Positions 1 through 11,324 of a stretch of DNA of 21,996 nucleotides are shown in pieces (the first letter of the stretch is position 1; each line of letters begins with the position of its first letter). Source of the DNA: Octopus sinensis. Lineage: Eukaryota. The stretch lies in NCBI RefSeq assembly GCF_006345805.1, contig NW_021823733.1, forward strand, positions 1 through 21,996. Reading direction: 5' to 3'. The position numbers were made by a program, and so were the translations under genes. Under the pieces are notes generated by a model that worked only from the letters and a program-made list of their open reading frames with translations, did not search any database and was not told the DNA's origin.

Positions 1-1
1 A

Positions 2-222
2 TACCACAAAGGAGGCTAAACATGAGGGGGACAAAACAAGAACAGACATAGGTATTAGTCATTACATAGACCCCAGTGCGTAACTGGTATTAATTTATCC
101 GACCCCGAGAGGATGAAAGGCAAAGTCGACCTCGGCGGAATTTGAACTCACAACGTAACGACAGACGAAATACGGCTGCGCATTTCGCCCGGCGTGCTAA
201 CGTTTCTGCCAGCTCGCCGCCT
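2..222 (-). mobile_element. tRNA-derived SINE with GCCTTTCATCC..GGGGTCG(G)ATAAA central domain (Meta-domain-like)
   Basis: The minus strand reads AGGCGGCGAGCTGGCAGAAACG (A box) ... GAGTTCAAATTCCGCC (B box), then GTCGACTTTGCCTTTCATCCTCTCGGGGTCGGATAAA. A homologous copy lies at 6241-6463. Confidence 0.8.
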
Positions 223-261
223 GTCCGCAGAATACTCAGCTACCCCTGCACGCTAAGTCAA

Positions 262-478
262 TGAGCGCAATGTCCAGTTGATCGAACAACCAGATAGTCT
301 TGCATCAAAATCGCTTTAGGAGTATTCTGCTCGAAGAAGCCGTAACGCTGTCATCTCTCAAAATTCATCCTTCTCTCTTAAAAATAGGTGAATATACTGG
401 GTATATCAGCCTTGGTTATGGTACGCCATAAAAATTGAGGCGATGGTCATGGTTAGCATGATGTTATGATTATGAATA
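262..478 (+). mobile_element. Degenerate SINE body (same family as 11325-11539)
   Basis: Patchy similarity to the 11325-11539 fragment (CTCTCAAAAT..CTTAAAAA..GATGGTCATGG). Recognised by eye only. Confidence 0.35.
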
Positions 479-759
479 TTAGTCACCGAAAGCCATAGTA
501 ATGTAACATAGAAAAAGATAACTAAAAATTCACTTCCTGTCGAATAGAGTTAACCAAGAAGTAGACACCAGATGATACCGATTTCTTGTCATAAATGAGC
601 ACATTGACGCATATAAATATACAAATATACATGCACACATATTTGCATACATACATATATGCACATGCAAAACTGCATGCATACATACTTCCCTACATAC
701 GCACATATACATACAAATGTATGTATAACATGCATACTTACATACATACAAATATGTGA

Positions 760-1225
760 AGTGTGACCGGACCGGTCACACTGCTCATTGCTCTACCTTT
801 CTCTTCTGTCTGCTTCGTTCTTTAGGGCATTTTTCAATTCTCTTTTGCGTTACTCTACACTTGTCTGTCTATACTAGCCCACGGTTATTTTCTTGTATGT
901 CATTATCATTTTTTGTTGTATACGTATGATTTATTTTTGTTGTGTTTCACCTGGCACTAAAGCCATATTCTGTTTATTTATTTCGTATTTTCCCCCTTTG
1001 TCCGTCTACTAAAAGTCTCGTCTCGAATTACTTTTTTCCATTTTCATATGTCCATTTACGTATTCCCCTTTCTTCCGTTCCATATAAACATATCCATCCT
1101 CTTAACTTCGTGGCCGATTTACTGCTCTAACCATTTATATTTGAAATATTTCCAACAATTCCTTCATATTTCGAAATATTTCAGCTGACGAAAGTTTAGG
1201 TAATGGCTACATTCACCCCACCCCA
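760..1225 (+). mobile_element. Possible Penelope-like 3' UTR fragment
   Basis: Starts with an 11-bp-arm palindrome (760-782), continues as pyrimidine-rich sequence, contains CTGACGA (1185-1191) followed by a hairpin, and ends in (TA)n. Confidence 0.3.
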
Positions 1226-1227
1226 TA

Positions 1228-1304
1228 CATATATTCAATATATTATATATATATATATATATTATATATATATATACATGTATATATAATATATATATAT
1301 ATAT

Positions 1305-1336
<32 letters not shown>

Positions 1337-1477
1337 CATATATATAATATATACATATATACATACATATATATATACATATATATATATATTATATATA
1401 TATATATATAATAATATATATATATATATATATATTTATAAATATATATATAATATTATATATATATATATATATAT
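1228..1477. repeat. (TA)n microsatellite
   Basis: Direct inspection. Confidence 0.98.
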
Positions 1478-1699
1478 GAGCGTAAGGCTGTGTGGTGTGT
1501 TTGCATCTATATGTAAATATCTGTAAAATAAAAGCAGGTGCTCTTCAAGCGAAGTCCTCAGCGATGTTGATCTGCACTGAGTTTACAGGGCACTCCCTAA
1601 TCACGTCTCTCTCGCCTACAGAGAAATAACTGACCCAGTGATTGGCCTGTTGGAAACCTATAAAGAGTGCGACATTCATGTTCGTAAATTTAGATCAAG

Positions 1700-1700
<1 letters not shown>

Positions 1701-1742
<42 letters not shown>

Positions 1743-1746
1743 TATA

Positions 1747-1789
<43 letters not shown>

Positions 1790-2033
1790 TACATACATAC
1801 AAAACCCACGCACACATGCATGCATACATACATACACGGACGTGCACACACACAGGCATACACACGCACGCACGTACACACATATTTATATATATATATA
1901 TATATATATAAGTGCGTGTATGTATATGTTTATTGTATCTATGTTTACGTGATTATATATGGAAATAACAATTTCAACAGATGTTAGCTTCATTCTTTTT
2001 GCTTCCTCCCGTCTCTCTTCCCCTCTCTCTATA

Positions 2034-2122
<89 letters not shown>
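1701..2122. repeat. Compound (TA)n/(CA)n/(CTAT)n microsatellite region
   Basis: Direct inspection; includes short unique interruptions. Confidence 0.95.
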
Positions 2123-2123
<1 letters not shown>

Positions 2124-2317
2124 GTATATCTGTCTATCTGTATATCACCCTGTTTCGTATATGCGTTTGCACCTCACTCACCGATTTCTCATTCATTAGA
2201 TTCGTACTTTAAGTACAACACTAACAGCCAAGCTTTCATGCACGCACATTTATCCCTCTGATGATGTATGTGTGTGAGCATGTGCGTGTATATGAACACA
2301 CACGCACGCACTCATAT

Positions 2318-2721
2318 ATTCTTTTATATTTATTCGCTTCAGTCATTTGACTTCGGCCATGTTGCAGCACCGCCTTTCGTCGAACAAATCGACCCCAGGA
2401 CTTATTCTTTGTAATCGTAGTACTTATTCTATCGTTCTCTTTTGCCGAACCGCTAAGTGACGGGGACATGAACACACCGACATCGGTTGTCAAACGATAT
2501 TTGTGGGGTATGACAAACTGACACACAAACATACACATACACACACACACACATACATACGACGGGCTTCTTTCAGTTTCCGTCTATCAAATCCACTCAC
2601 AAGGCTGTGGTCGGACCGCGGCTATAGTAGGAGACACTCGCTCATAGTGACAGGCAGTAGGACTGAAACCGGAACCATTTAGTTGTTATGCAAGCTACAT
2701 ACCACACAGCTACTCCTGCGC
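2318..2721 (-). mobile_element. Full-length tRNA-derived SINE with CORE-like segment and internal (TG)n
   Basis: The minus strand has the head GCGCAGGAGTAGCTGTGTGGTA and a B-box-like GGTTTCAGTCC. The body runs GTGGATTTGATAGACGGAAACTGAAAGAAGCCCGTC, (TG)n, and ends in the tail CATGGCCGAAGTCAAATGACTGAAGC..AAAAG. Homologous to 16347-16774. Confidence 0.85.
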
Positions 2722-2725
2722 TTAC

Positions 2726-2771
<46 letters not shown>

Positions 2772-2784
2772 GTTTCGCATATGC

Positions 2785-3172
2785 CTTTTATTGTTTATTT
2801 GTTTCTGTTATATTACAGTGGCCATGCTGGAGTACCGTCTTGAAATGTTTAGATGTGTAAATCGATGCCTGTACTTTCTCAAGTTTGGTACTTATTTCAT
2901 CGTTCTCTTTGTCGAACCGCTATGTGACAGAGATGTGTATAAACTGACACCAGTTGACAAGGGATGTAGAAGAGACAAGCACTAAGACACACACATCATT
3001 ATACTTATACACATTAAGGGCTTCCACGCAGTTTCCATCTAGCAAATTGATTCGTAAGCCAGTGGTCGGCTGGGCGCTATTTTAGACCACCACACCCCTG
3101 CCGATGGTGCTGCACTGTGGGAGTGAACACAAAACCGAAAGATTGAAATACAGGTTTCTTTACCACACAGCC
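2785..3172 (-). mobile_element. Older, more diverged copy of the 2318-2721 SINE family
   Basis: Colinear similarity from the head (GTGGCTGTGTGGTAAAG) to the tail (CAGCATGGCCAC). Separated from the first copy by (CTAT)n. Confidence 0.7.
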
Positions 3173-3289
3173 ACAAAGGATGTGGATGTGCGTATGTATG
3201 CGTGTATATATGTTTGTACGTGACTATCTGAAAGCGTGTCTTCTGTATGACAATACTCCGAGTATTTTACAATATAACATTTATACCTC

Positions 3290-3440
3290 CTCTCTCTTTT
3301 CTCTCCTTCTTCTCCCCCTCTCTCTCTCTCTCTCTCTCTCTCTTCATAACAGTTTAAACTTGCCACTTTCTGATCATTATTTCAACAGAAGCCTCATACT
3401 CTGTTTCAGTCTAGATATATATTCATAGTCTGTTTGTCTG

Positions 3441-3516
<76 letters not shown>

Positions 3517-3561
3517 CCTCTCTCTCTATCTATTTCTCTATCTATCTATCTATCTATCATC

Positions 3562-3592
<31 letters not shown>

Positions 3593-3668
3593 ATTCTATC
3601 TATGTATATATCAATGAATCTATCTCCCTCTCTATCTATCTATTTTTCTATATCTATCTGTCTATCTG

Positions 3669-3712
<44 letters not shown>

Positions 3713-3740
3713 CCTATCTATCTATCTATCTATCTATCTA

Positions 3741-3816
<76 letters not shown>

Positions 3817-3860
3817 GGTCTTTCTGCTTGCCTGTATGTCCGTCTGTCTATTTATCTATC
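3290..3860. repeat. (CT)n and long (CTAT)n microsatellites
   Basis: Direct inspection; a short unique stretch separates the two arrays. Confidence 0.95.
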
Positions 3861-4223
3861 TAATTCTATAAGCCTCCGTGTATTCGCTAATGAATAAAGC
3901 ACATCAGCTGGAATGTAGAAAACAGACTTCCTGGTGATTTTCTCCAAAGCTGGGTGAGAAAAGTTACAATTAATTCTACTTAGTCTGAAAATACATCCTG
4001 TCTAAGCAGAAGCCTTCTGCAGACATAGAATATTTCGCTAAAACTGGCAACATTATACATAACAGACCGCACCGAACGCACGCATTCGAAGCCATTTCTT
4101 TCACTTCTATGAATGGAAAACTTACACTATATGCATTAAGCTACATAACCCCACTGTTCATTATTATATTCTCTCACCCTGCTTCTGTATCTCTCTCTCC
4201 CTCACGCTCTCTATCTCCTTCGC

Positions 4224-4238
4224 TATATATATGTATAT

Positions 4239-4283
<45 letters not shown>

Positions 4284-4323
4284 CTATATATATATGATAT
4301 ATATATATATATATATATATATA
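4224..4323. repeat. (TA)n microsatellite
   Basis: Direct inspection. Confidence 0.97.
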
Positions 4324-4330
4324 CCTACAC

Positions 4331-4551
4331 ATTCTTTTATTCTTTTATCCTGTTATCCTTTCGCTTGTTTCAGTCATTTTGACTGCGCCCATGCCGGAGC
4401 ACCGCATTGAAAGGTTTTTTTTTTAATTGAACAAATCGACCCCAGGAGCTATTTCTCAAGCCTAGTACTCATTCTATCGGTCTCCCTTACCGGAGCGCTA
4501 AGTTACAGGGACCTAAACACCGGTTGTCAGGCGGTGATGCGGTGACAAACA
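4331..4551 (-). mobile_element. 5'-truncated (3' half) copy of the 2318-2721 SINE family
   Basis: Plus strand shows CAGTCATTTTGACTGCGCCCATGCCGGAGCACCGC..AACAAATCGACCCCAGGA..CTAGTACTCATTCTATCGG, with a (TTCTTTTA)n tail at 4331-4360. Confidence 0.78.
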
Positions 4552-4629
4552 AAATTTATATACATAGGGATATATATACAATTATATATATATTTCAGCC
4601 TCGGAGCTGAAATATAAAAAAACATATAA

Positions 4630-4633
4630 TATG

Positions 4634-4670
<37 letters not shown>

Positions 4671-4733
4671 GTGTGTGTGTGTGTCCCATCTCTGTGCAGC
4701 CCTGCGTGGCCAATAAAGAAACTTATATACATA

Positions 4734-4782
<49 letters not shown>

Positions 4783-4789
4783 GTATGTA

Positions 4790-4872
<83 letters not shown>

Positions 4873-4888
4873 TCTATATCTATATATG
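4630..4888. repeat. (TA)n region containing a ~40 bp SINE tail remnant (4681-4722)
   Basis: Direct inspection. GTCCCATCTCTGTGCAGCCCTGCGTGGCCAATAAAGAAA resembles the reverse complement of the SINE tail at 2-40. Confidence 0.9.
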
Positions 4889-5212
4889 CGCATGTGTGTG
4901 TCGCTAAACGTCGTCTACCGACCAGAGCAGCAGCACACTAGCTTACCATGTGTGTTGCCGCAAATGCAATAAGCTGATGTCGCTAAATACGCCATACCAG
5001 TTCCCGCACGTGAGTCTAAGACTAGTGCAAAGAACTCAGGTGGCTTTCAGACCAACAACACCACGTGACTCGAAACGACCAGTAAGAGGTACAAAGTATT
5101 GAATTTGTGTCACATCCCTTCACTCGTCTCTCGATGTCTGACGCGATAGACTCGTTCTAACAGCCTACAAAAAACACTTAGTCGCGAACCAGGCTGATAT
5201 CTGTCTATCAAT

Positions 5213-5380
5213 CTATTTGGTTTAGCGGTTAGAGAATTCGGCTAAAATTCTCAGTCACTCTGACTCTCCCTATGAACTTCCTCGTGGGTACGTGTGTTTG
5301 AGAAGTGGCCTACCACTTACAAGTTAAATTCATGAGCAGGCTGTTCCGTTGATCGGATCTACTGGAACACACGTCGTCTT
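5213..5380 (+). mobile_element. Internally deleted SINE: tRNA-like A-box head joined to a CATGAGCAGGCTGTTCCGTTGATCGGATC tail
   Basis: TTTGGTTTAGCGGTTAGAG resembles the TGGCTTAGTGGTTAGGG heads at 6795 and 7051. The tail was recognised from memory as a common octopus repeat end and is not verified. Confidence 0.45.
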
Positions 5381-5384
5381 ATGC

Positions 5385-5471
5385 ATGTAATGTATGTATG
5401 TATGTATGCATGCATGTATGTATGTATGTATGTATGTATGTATGTATGTATGAATGTATGTATGTATGTAT
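5385..5471. repeat. (TATG)n microsatellite
   Basis: Direct inspection. Confidence 0.97.
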
Positions 5472-5692
5472 GAACATATATACATTTAATCATGTTAATC
5501 CCTACACATTTTCCCTCTCTCCGCTTTTTTCGTTCTATTCCCAATGTCTTTCCTCTCAACCCTTTCTGCCGAAGAGCATAGGCTCGAAACGTCAAAAACT
5601 CTTCCAATCTTCCCGGGTGTCAAACAAAAAGCAAACCTGTTTATTGTTGCCTCACATTTCTGTGTCTTTTGTTTTCTGTAAATTTGTATTAT
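5472..5692 (+). mobile_element. Penelope-like element 3'-terminal (pseudo-LTR) fragment
   Basis: Pyrimidine-rich lead-in, minimal hammerhead-like motif at 5563-5596, and a T-rich tail ending GTCTTTTGTTTTCTGTAAATTTGTATTATA. A similar ~35 bp terminus occurs on the minus strand near 18318-18353 and in its duplicate. Confidence 0.55.
5563..5596 (+). ncRNA. Minimal type I hammerhead ribozyme variant (PLE type)
   Basis: TTT-CTGCCGA-A-GAG[CATAGG]CTC-GAAA-CG-TC-AAA. The core has A6>C and an extra A before stem II. Stem III is the palindrome ACGT and the cleavage triplet is GTC (5591-5593). Confidence 0.55.
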
Positions 5693-6167
5693 AAAGGGAA
5701 TTCCAACCACGTTTCGTGGATCACTACCTAAACAGCTCCTTTATAGGATTTAGTGGCTAAGGACATTATCAAGAGGAACCACGTCCAGTTTCAGCCCCTA
5801 CTTCTCTACCGCTTCCGACGTGGTGGGGTCCACACTTTGGGAGGTGTCATCTGCTCTGGTATTGAGTGTGTTTTATTCCTTTTTTCTCTGGCTTTTTGTG
5901 CTTTTGTTTCTTCGATGCAGCGTCGACAAATGTCAGCGGGTGAATGGCCACCCTGGCAAATTTACCTTTAAATACTCGCCGGTAGACTCCAGCAGCCAGC
6001 AACAGATAACTGTCACGTGACACAATCTAGGCTTCAACTGACCAATGAAGGGGAACGGCGTGTAGTTTTGACCCGCGTCCTCTCTTGACCTACCTTCCAA
6101 CAGAGTTGTGTTAGTTCCAGCTCCAGCAACCAAAGCGACACCATTGGGTGGTACTATATTAAATCCC

Positions 6168-6463
6168 CTGTCCCAAAATGATGAAATACAGAATTTATCT
6201 CAGTAGAACTTGAACACAGAACGTAAATAGACGGAATGAATATTGCTTTCAAATTTGGGCACAAAGCCAGCAATTTCGGGAGAGAGTGTAAGTCGATTAC
6301 ATCGACCCCAGTGTTCAACTGGTACTTATTTTATCGACCCCAGAAGGATCGATCGAAAGTCGAAGTCAACCTTCTCGGAATTCGAACTCAGAACGTAAAG
6401 ACGGACAAAACACCACTTAGCATATTTACCTGGCGTGGTAATGATTCTGTCAGCTCGCTGCCT
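6168..6463 (-). mobile_element. Meta-like tRNA-SINE (6241-6463) plus an adjacent decayed fragment of the same family (6168-6240)
   Basis: The minus strand reads AGGCAGCGAGCTGACAGAATC..GAGTTCGAATTCCG..CTGGGGTCGATAAAATAAGTACCAG..CACTGGGGTCGATGTAATCGAC. Homologous to 2-222. Confidence 0.8.
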
Positions 6464-6794
6464 GTGGTAAGTGCTAGACTGACCATTAAGCAAAATAAAC
6501 ACGCGCATAAAGCATCAATAAAATGGTGAATAGTTTACGGCACTAAAGAGATCACTTGGAACTTGCTAAAATAATATTCGAAGTTGTATTTATGATCAGA
6601 AATATAATTTCGAAGTGTCCATGGTGTCTTAGTGTGGATGCGGTCAAAGACTTTGAAATTCAAGAAAGTAAGAGAAAGCTTTTCTGTAAGAATAAAGAGG
6701 AGATGTACAAAAATAAACATTATCTTCCATCTTTGTTTCATTTTGAAGAATAAAAATTTTGTTTTATGGTTTATTATTGAGTATATTTTAAATT

Positions 6795-7047
6795 GTGGAG
6801 GCACGTGGCTTAGTGGTTAGGGTGTCCGCATCATGATCATAAAATTGTGGTTTCGATTCCTGGACCGCGCGATGTGTTGTGTTCTTGAGCAAGACACTTC
6901 ATTTCACGTTGTTCCAGTCCACTCAGCTGGCAAAAATGAGTAACACTGCGATGGACTGGCTTCCCGCCCTGCTGGGGAACACATACGCCATTGAAACCGG
7001 GAAACCGGGCCCATGAGCCTGGCTAGGCTTTAAAAGGGCGCATTTAT
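6795..7047 (+). mobile_element. tRNA-derived CORE-like SINE, copy 1 of a head-to-tail dimer
   Basis: A box TGGCTTAGTGG, B box GTTTCGATTCC, CORE-like GTGTTCTTGAGCAAGACACTT..CCAGTCCACTCAGCTGG, and tail GAAACCGGGAAACCGGGCCCATGAGCCTGGCTAGGCTTTAAAAGGG. Confidence 0.9.
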
Positions 7048-7050
7048 CTA

Positions 7051-7299
7051 GTGGAGGCGCATGGCTTAGTGGTTAGGGTGTCAGCACCATGATCGTAAGA
7101 GCCTGGTTTCGATTCCTGGACCGGGTGGCGCGTTGTGTTCTTGAGCAAAACACTTCACTTCACGTTGCTCCAGTTCACTCAGCTGGCAAAAGTGAGTAAC
7201 GCTGTGACAGACTAGCGTCCCGTCCAGCTGGGGAACACATACACCACTGAAACCGGGAAACCGGGACCATGAGACTGGCTAGGCTTTAAAAGGGCGCAT
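7051..7299 (+). mobile_element. tRNA-derived CORE-like SINE, copy 2 of the dimer
   Basis: Colinear with 6795-7047. The pair is flanked by TATATTTTAAATT at 6782-6794 and 7300-7312. Confidence 0.9.
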
Positions 7300-7403
7300 T
7301 ATATTTTAAATTATATGTGGAGGCACCAAAATCTTTTAAGTGCTTAGAGCTTCTAAGGGTCTTAATCCGTCCGTGTCTGTGATGGTACGATATTCTGTTG
7401 CCG

Positions 7404-7750
7404 GCCTGTGATAGAAAAATGAAGGTGGAAGTTGATGCCGTTGGAATTTGAAGCCAAGAAGCATATATCCAATGTTCACACTAAACCACTGCCCTTTTGA
7501 TATTTTTTCACCGGTCCAGGAAGAATGGAAAGCAAATATGATCTTATCGGCATTTGAACTCAGAAAGTATTTTGTCCAATTCTCTCACAATTCAAGTTGT
7601 GACCGGGCTGATAAATTATTTCATCACCGGTCCCGAAAAAGAACTAACGGCAAAGCTGATTTCGGCGTCAGATGAACACACGACATAAATAACTGAAAGA
7701 AATACAATGCATTTTGTCCTGCGCTCTAACAATTCTACTTATTCACAGCC
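7404..7750 (-). mobile_element. Cluster of three decayed Meta-like SINE fragments
   Basis: Repeated remnants of ..GAAAGGATGAAAGGCAAAG..GGAATTTGAACTCAGAA near 7404-7465, 7503-7568 and 7590-7750. Confidence 0.5.
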
Positions 7751-8074
7751 TGCCTTCTCAAATATCGATCACTAATATTGATTTCTTGCGATTTGCACGA
7801 GACCTTTAATTTGTATCTCAACTCTGGTATATATCTGTTAGTCACTTACATTGTCGATCCTGCAAAACAGAGGAGACAGCAATAATTGCAGAGTTGCAGA
7901 TTTCCGGCGGGAATTGAACTGATAAAGAACATAAAGGGAGGTAATTAGATAACTGAGTGCACGGTATTTATTTAATCTGGCTTTCCATCTTTCACACTTT
8001 AACATCCTATGTGCAGTTAATAATTTGTAACTTGTATTTGCAACATTAAAAAAAAACACAGACACAAATACACT

Positions 8075-8094
8075 CGCACAAACACACACAAACA

Positions 8095-8132
<38 letters not shown>

Positions 8133-9085
8133 GAAAGATACGAGTACAATACGCTCGAGCTTTTCTCTCTCTCCATGTCTTCCTTTATCTATCCCTCTTT
8201 ATCTTCCCTGTTATCCTCTTCTTCTCATTCTCTCACTCTTTCTCTCTCCCTTCTTCTCCATCCCCCCCTCTCCTCTCTCTCTCTCTCTGTCAGTCTGTGT
8301 GTGTGTGTGTGTCTCTCTCTCTCTTTCACATACATACATTCTCTCTCATACACACTCTCTCTCACTCTCTCTCTCTCACACACTCACATACTCTCTCTGA
8401 CTCTTCCTCTCTCCCCCGCCCCGGCATCCTTCTCTCTCTGTCTCTCTCTGGCAGTCTCTGTGTGTGTCTCCCTCTTTCACATACATACACACACTCTCTC
8501 TCTCACACACACACTCTCTCACTCTCTCTCTCTCTCTCACTCACATACTCTCTCTCACTCTTCCTCTCTCCCTCCTTCCCCACCCCTCTCTCTCTCTCAC
8601 ACACACACTCTCTCACTCTCTCTCTCTCTCTCACTCACATACTCTCTCTCACTCTTTCTCACTCTCTCTCTCTCACACATACTCTCTCCCTCTCACACAC
8701 ACAATCTCTCTCTGTCAGTCTGTGTGTGTGACTCTCGCTCTCTTTCACACACACTCTCTCTCTCACACACACACTCTCTCACTCTCTCTCTCTCTCTCTC
8801 ACTCACATACTCTCTCTCACTCTTCCTCTCTCCCTCCTTCCCCCCCCCTCTCTCTCTCTCACACACACACTCTCTCACTCTCTCTCTCTCTCTCACTCAC
8901 ATACTCTCTCTCACTCTTTCTCACTCTCTCTCTCTCACACATACTCTCTCCCTCTCACACACACAATCTCTCTCTGTCAGTCTGTTTGTGTGTGACTCTC
9001 GCTCTCTTTCACACACACTCCCTCTCTCTTTCACACATACTCCCTCTCTCTCTCACTCTATCTCCCTCTCTCTCTCTCTCTCAGT
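8075..9085. repeat. (CA)n plus complex CT/CA low-complexity array with ~262 bp higher-order duplication
   Basis: ACAATCTCTCTCTGTCAGTCTG..GTGACTCTCGCTCTCTTTCACAC occurs at both 8701 and 8963. Confidence 0.93.
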
Positions 9086-9544
9086 CTGCCTCTTTAAGAT
9101 CATAAAGAGGCGGAGAGGCCGCGTTGTGAGTCAGTGCCTCCATGGAAACCGATCCTTATGAAAATATTTCGCAGAAAATGTTTGTTATTTCTGCCGCTGT
9201 TGCTGATGAAGTTGTTTGTTGTTATTTGTTATGCTTCTTGCATTTGCTTTATACTATTCATTTATTTTATTTTTATTTAATTTTTTTTTTTTGTTTGTTT
9301 TCATGTCTGTTTATTGATGCTCTTGTCGCTAAAGTTGTTATTGTTGTTGTTGTCACTGCCGTACTTTCAGAAATATGTTTTTATTTTCTTGTATTTGTTG
9401 TTGTGGTGGTGGTTATGATTTTTATTGTTGTTTAAGAAATATGATTATAATTTCTTGCATTTTTTTTTATATATTGCTGGTTTCTTTTAACATGGTGGCT
9501 TCTTGATATCAAATATCTTTTGCTATTGTTGCTGTTGTTGATGT

Positions 9545-10230
<686 letters not shown>

Positions 10231-10639
10231 ATTATTTCCCGATTATGTTTTTTCTTCTACACACACACACACATGCACACATATATGCATATATATATAT
10301 ATATATCCATGCGTGTTTGTGCTTGCATGGAGTGTGGGGTTTAGTGGTGGGGATAAGGATTTGAGTGATTTCTCCACCGTTTCGTTAGGGAGGGTAAGGT
10401 AGCTCCCTCTCTTCCCTATATTTCTTTGTTTTAGGGTCTGTTGATTTAGAAGAAGAACAAAAGGAAGGGGCGTAATCCTCAGATTGGTCATTTGAGATCT
10501 GGCTCAAATGCTCGCAACGAAATGGACGTCGTTACAGTCCGCTACCACTGTACCAGATGGCAGGGGTTAAGCAGGGTGACGGATTAAGTCTGCTGCTCAT
10601 TGCTGTTCGTTGTGGATGATGTTATTTGATTGGCATTCT

Positions 10640-11179
10640 TGTGGTGGTGGAGATGATGGTGGTGGTGCTACTGGTGGCTGTGGTGATGTGGTGTGGTGGT
10701 GGTGGTGGTGGTGGTGGTGGTGGTGGTGGTGTGGTGATGTGGTGGTGGTGGTGTTGGTGATGTGGTGGTGGTGGTGGTGGTGGTAGCTGTGCATGTGGTG
10801 GCGGTGGTGGTGACGGTTATGTTGATGGTGCTGGTGGTGCCTGTGGTTATGGTGTCATCAATGGTGGTGGTGGTGGTGGTGTTGATGGTGTTCGTGGTGG
10901 TAGAGATGATGGTGGTGGTACTACTGGTGGCTGTGGTGATGTGGTGGTGGTGGTGGTGGTGGTGGTGATGGCGCGGATGGTGTTGACGACGAGGATAATA
11001 CTTTTGTTGTACTTATTGTTGTACTGCGTTTTTGTTTACTTATTGTTTATTAGTTAGTTGTTGTTGTTGTTTTTGTTGTTGTTGTTGTTGTTGATGCTGT
11101 TCTAATTAATGTTGTTTCAATGCTTTGTGTGTGTTTGTTTTATGGTTGTATTTTGTTGTTGCTATTATTATTTTAAATA

Positions 11180-11240
<61 letters not shown>

Positions 11241-11290
11241 CATTATTATCATTATTATCATTATTATTATCATTATTATTATTATTATTG
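10640..11290. repeat. (GGT)n, (TGT)n and (TAT)n trinucleotide arrays
   Basis: Direct inspection. Confidence 0.95.
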
Positions 11291-11324
11291 CTAAATATGA
11301 CAGATTACAGAGACATTAGCAATC

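Noticed and set aside
1641-1664. ATTGG plus TATAAA promoter-like pair
   Set aside because: The spacing is too short, there is no downstream gene evidence, and such matches are expected by chance in AT-rich DNA.
5778-5824. 8-bp inverted repeat ACCACGTC/GACGTGGT enclosing a minus-strand GAAAC (hammerhead-like topology)
   Set aside because: The core has two or more mismatches and there is no NUH triplet before stem I. It cannot be supported without a family consensus.
6795-6870. tRNA-like sequences (also at 2650-2721, 18200-18268 and 19960-20027)
   Set aside because: They have A and B boxes but no acceptor stem or cloverleaf, and they continue into SINE bodies. They are SINE heads, not tRNA genes.
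9110-9150. TGAGTCA (AP-1) and partial RFX X-box CCATGGAAAC
   Set aside because: These are isolated short motifs with no supporting context.
8175-9161. 328-aa ORF and overlapping long ORFs
   Set aside because: They are translations of CT/CA microsatellite (SLSLSHTH...) and show no domain signal.
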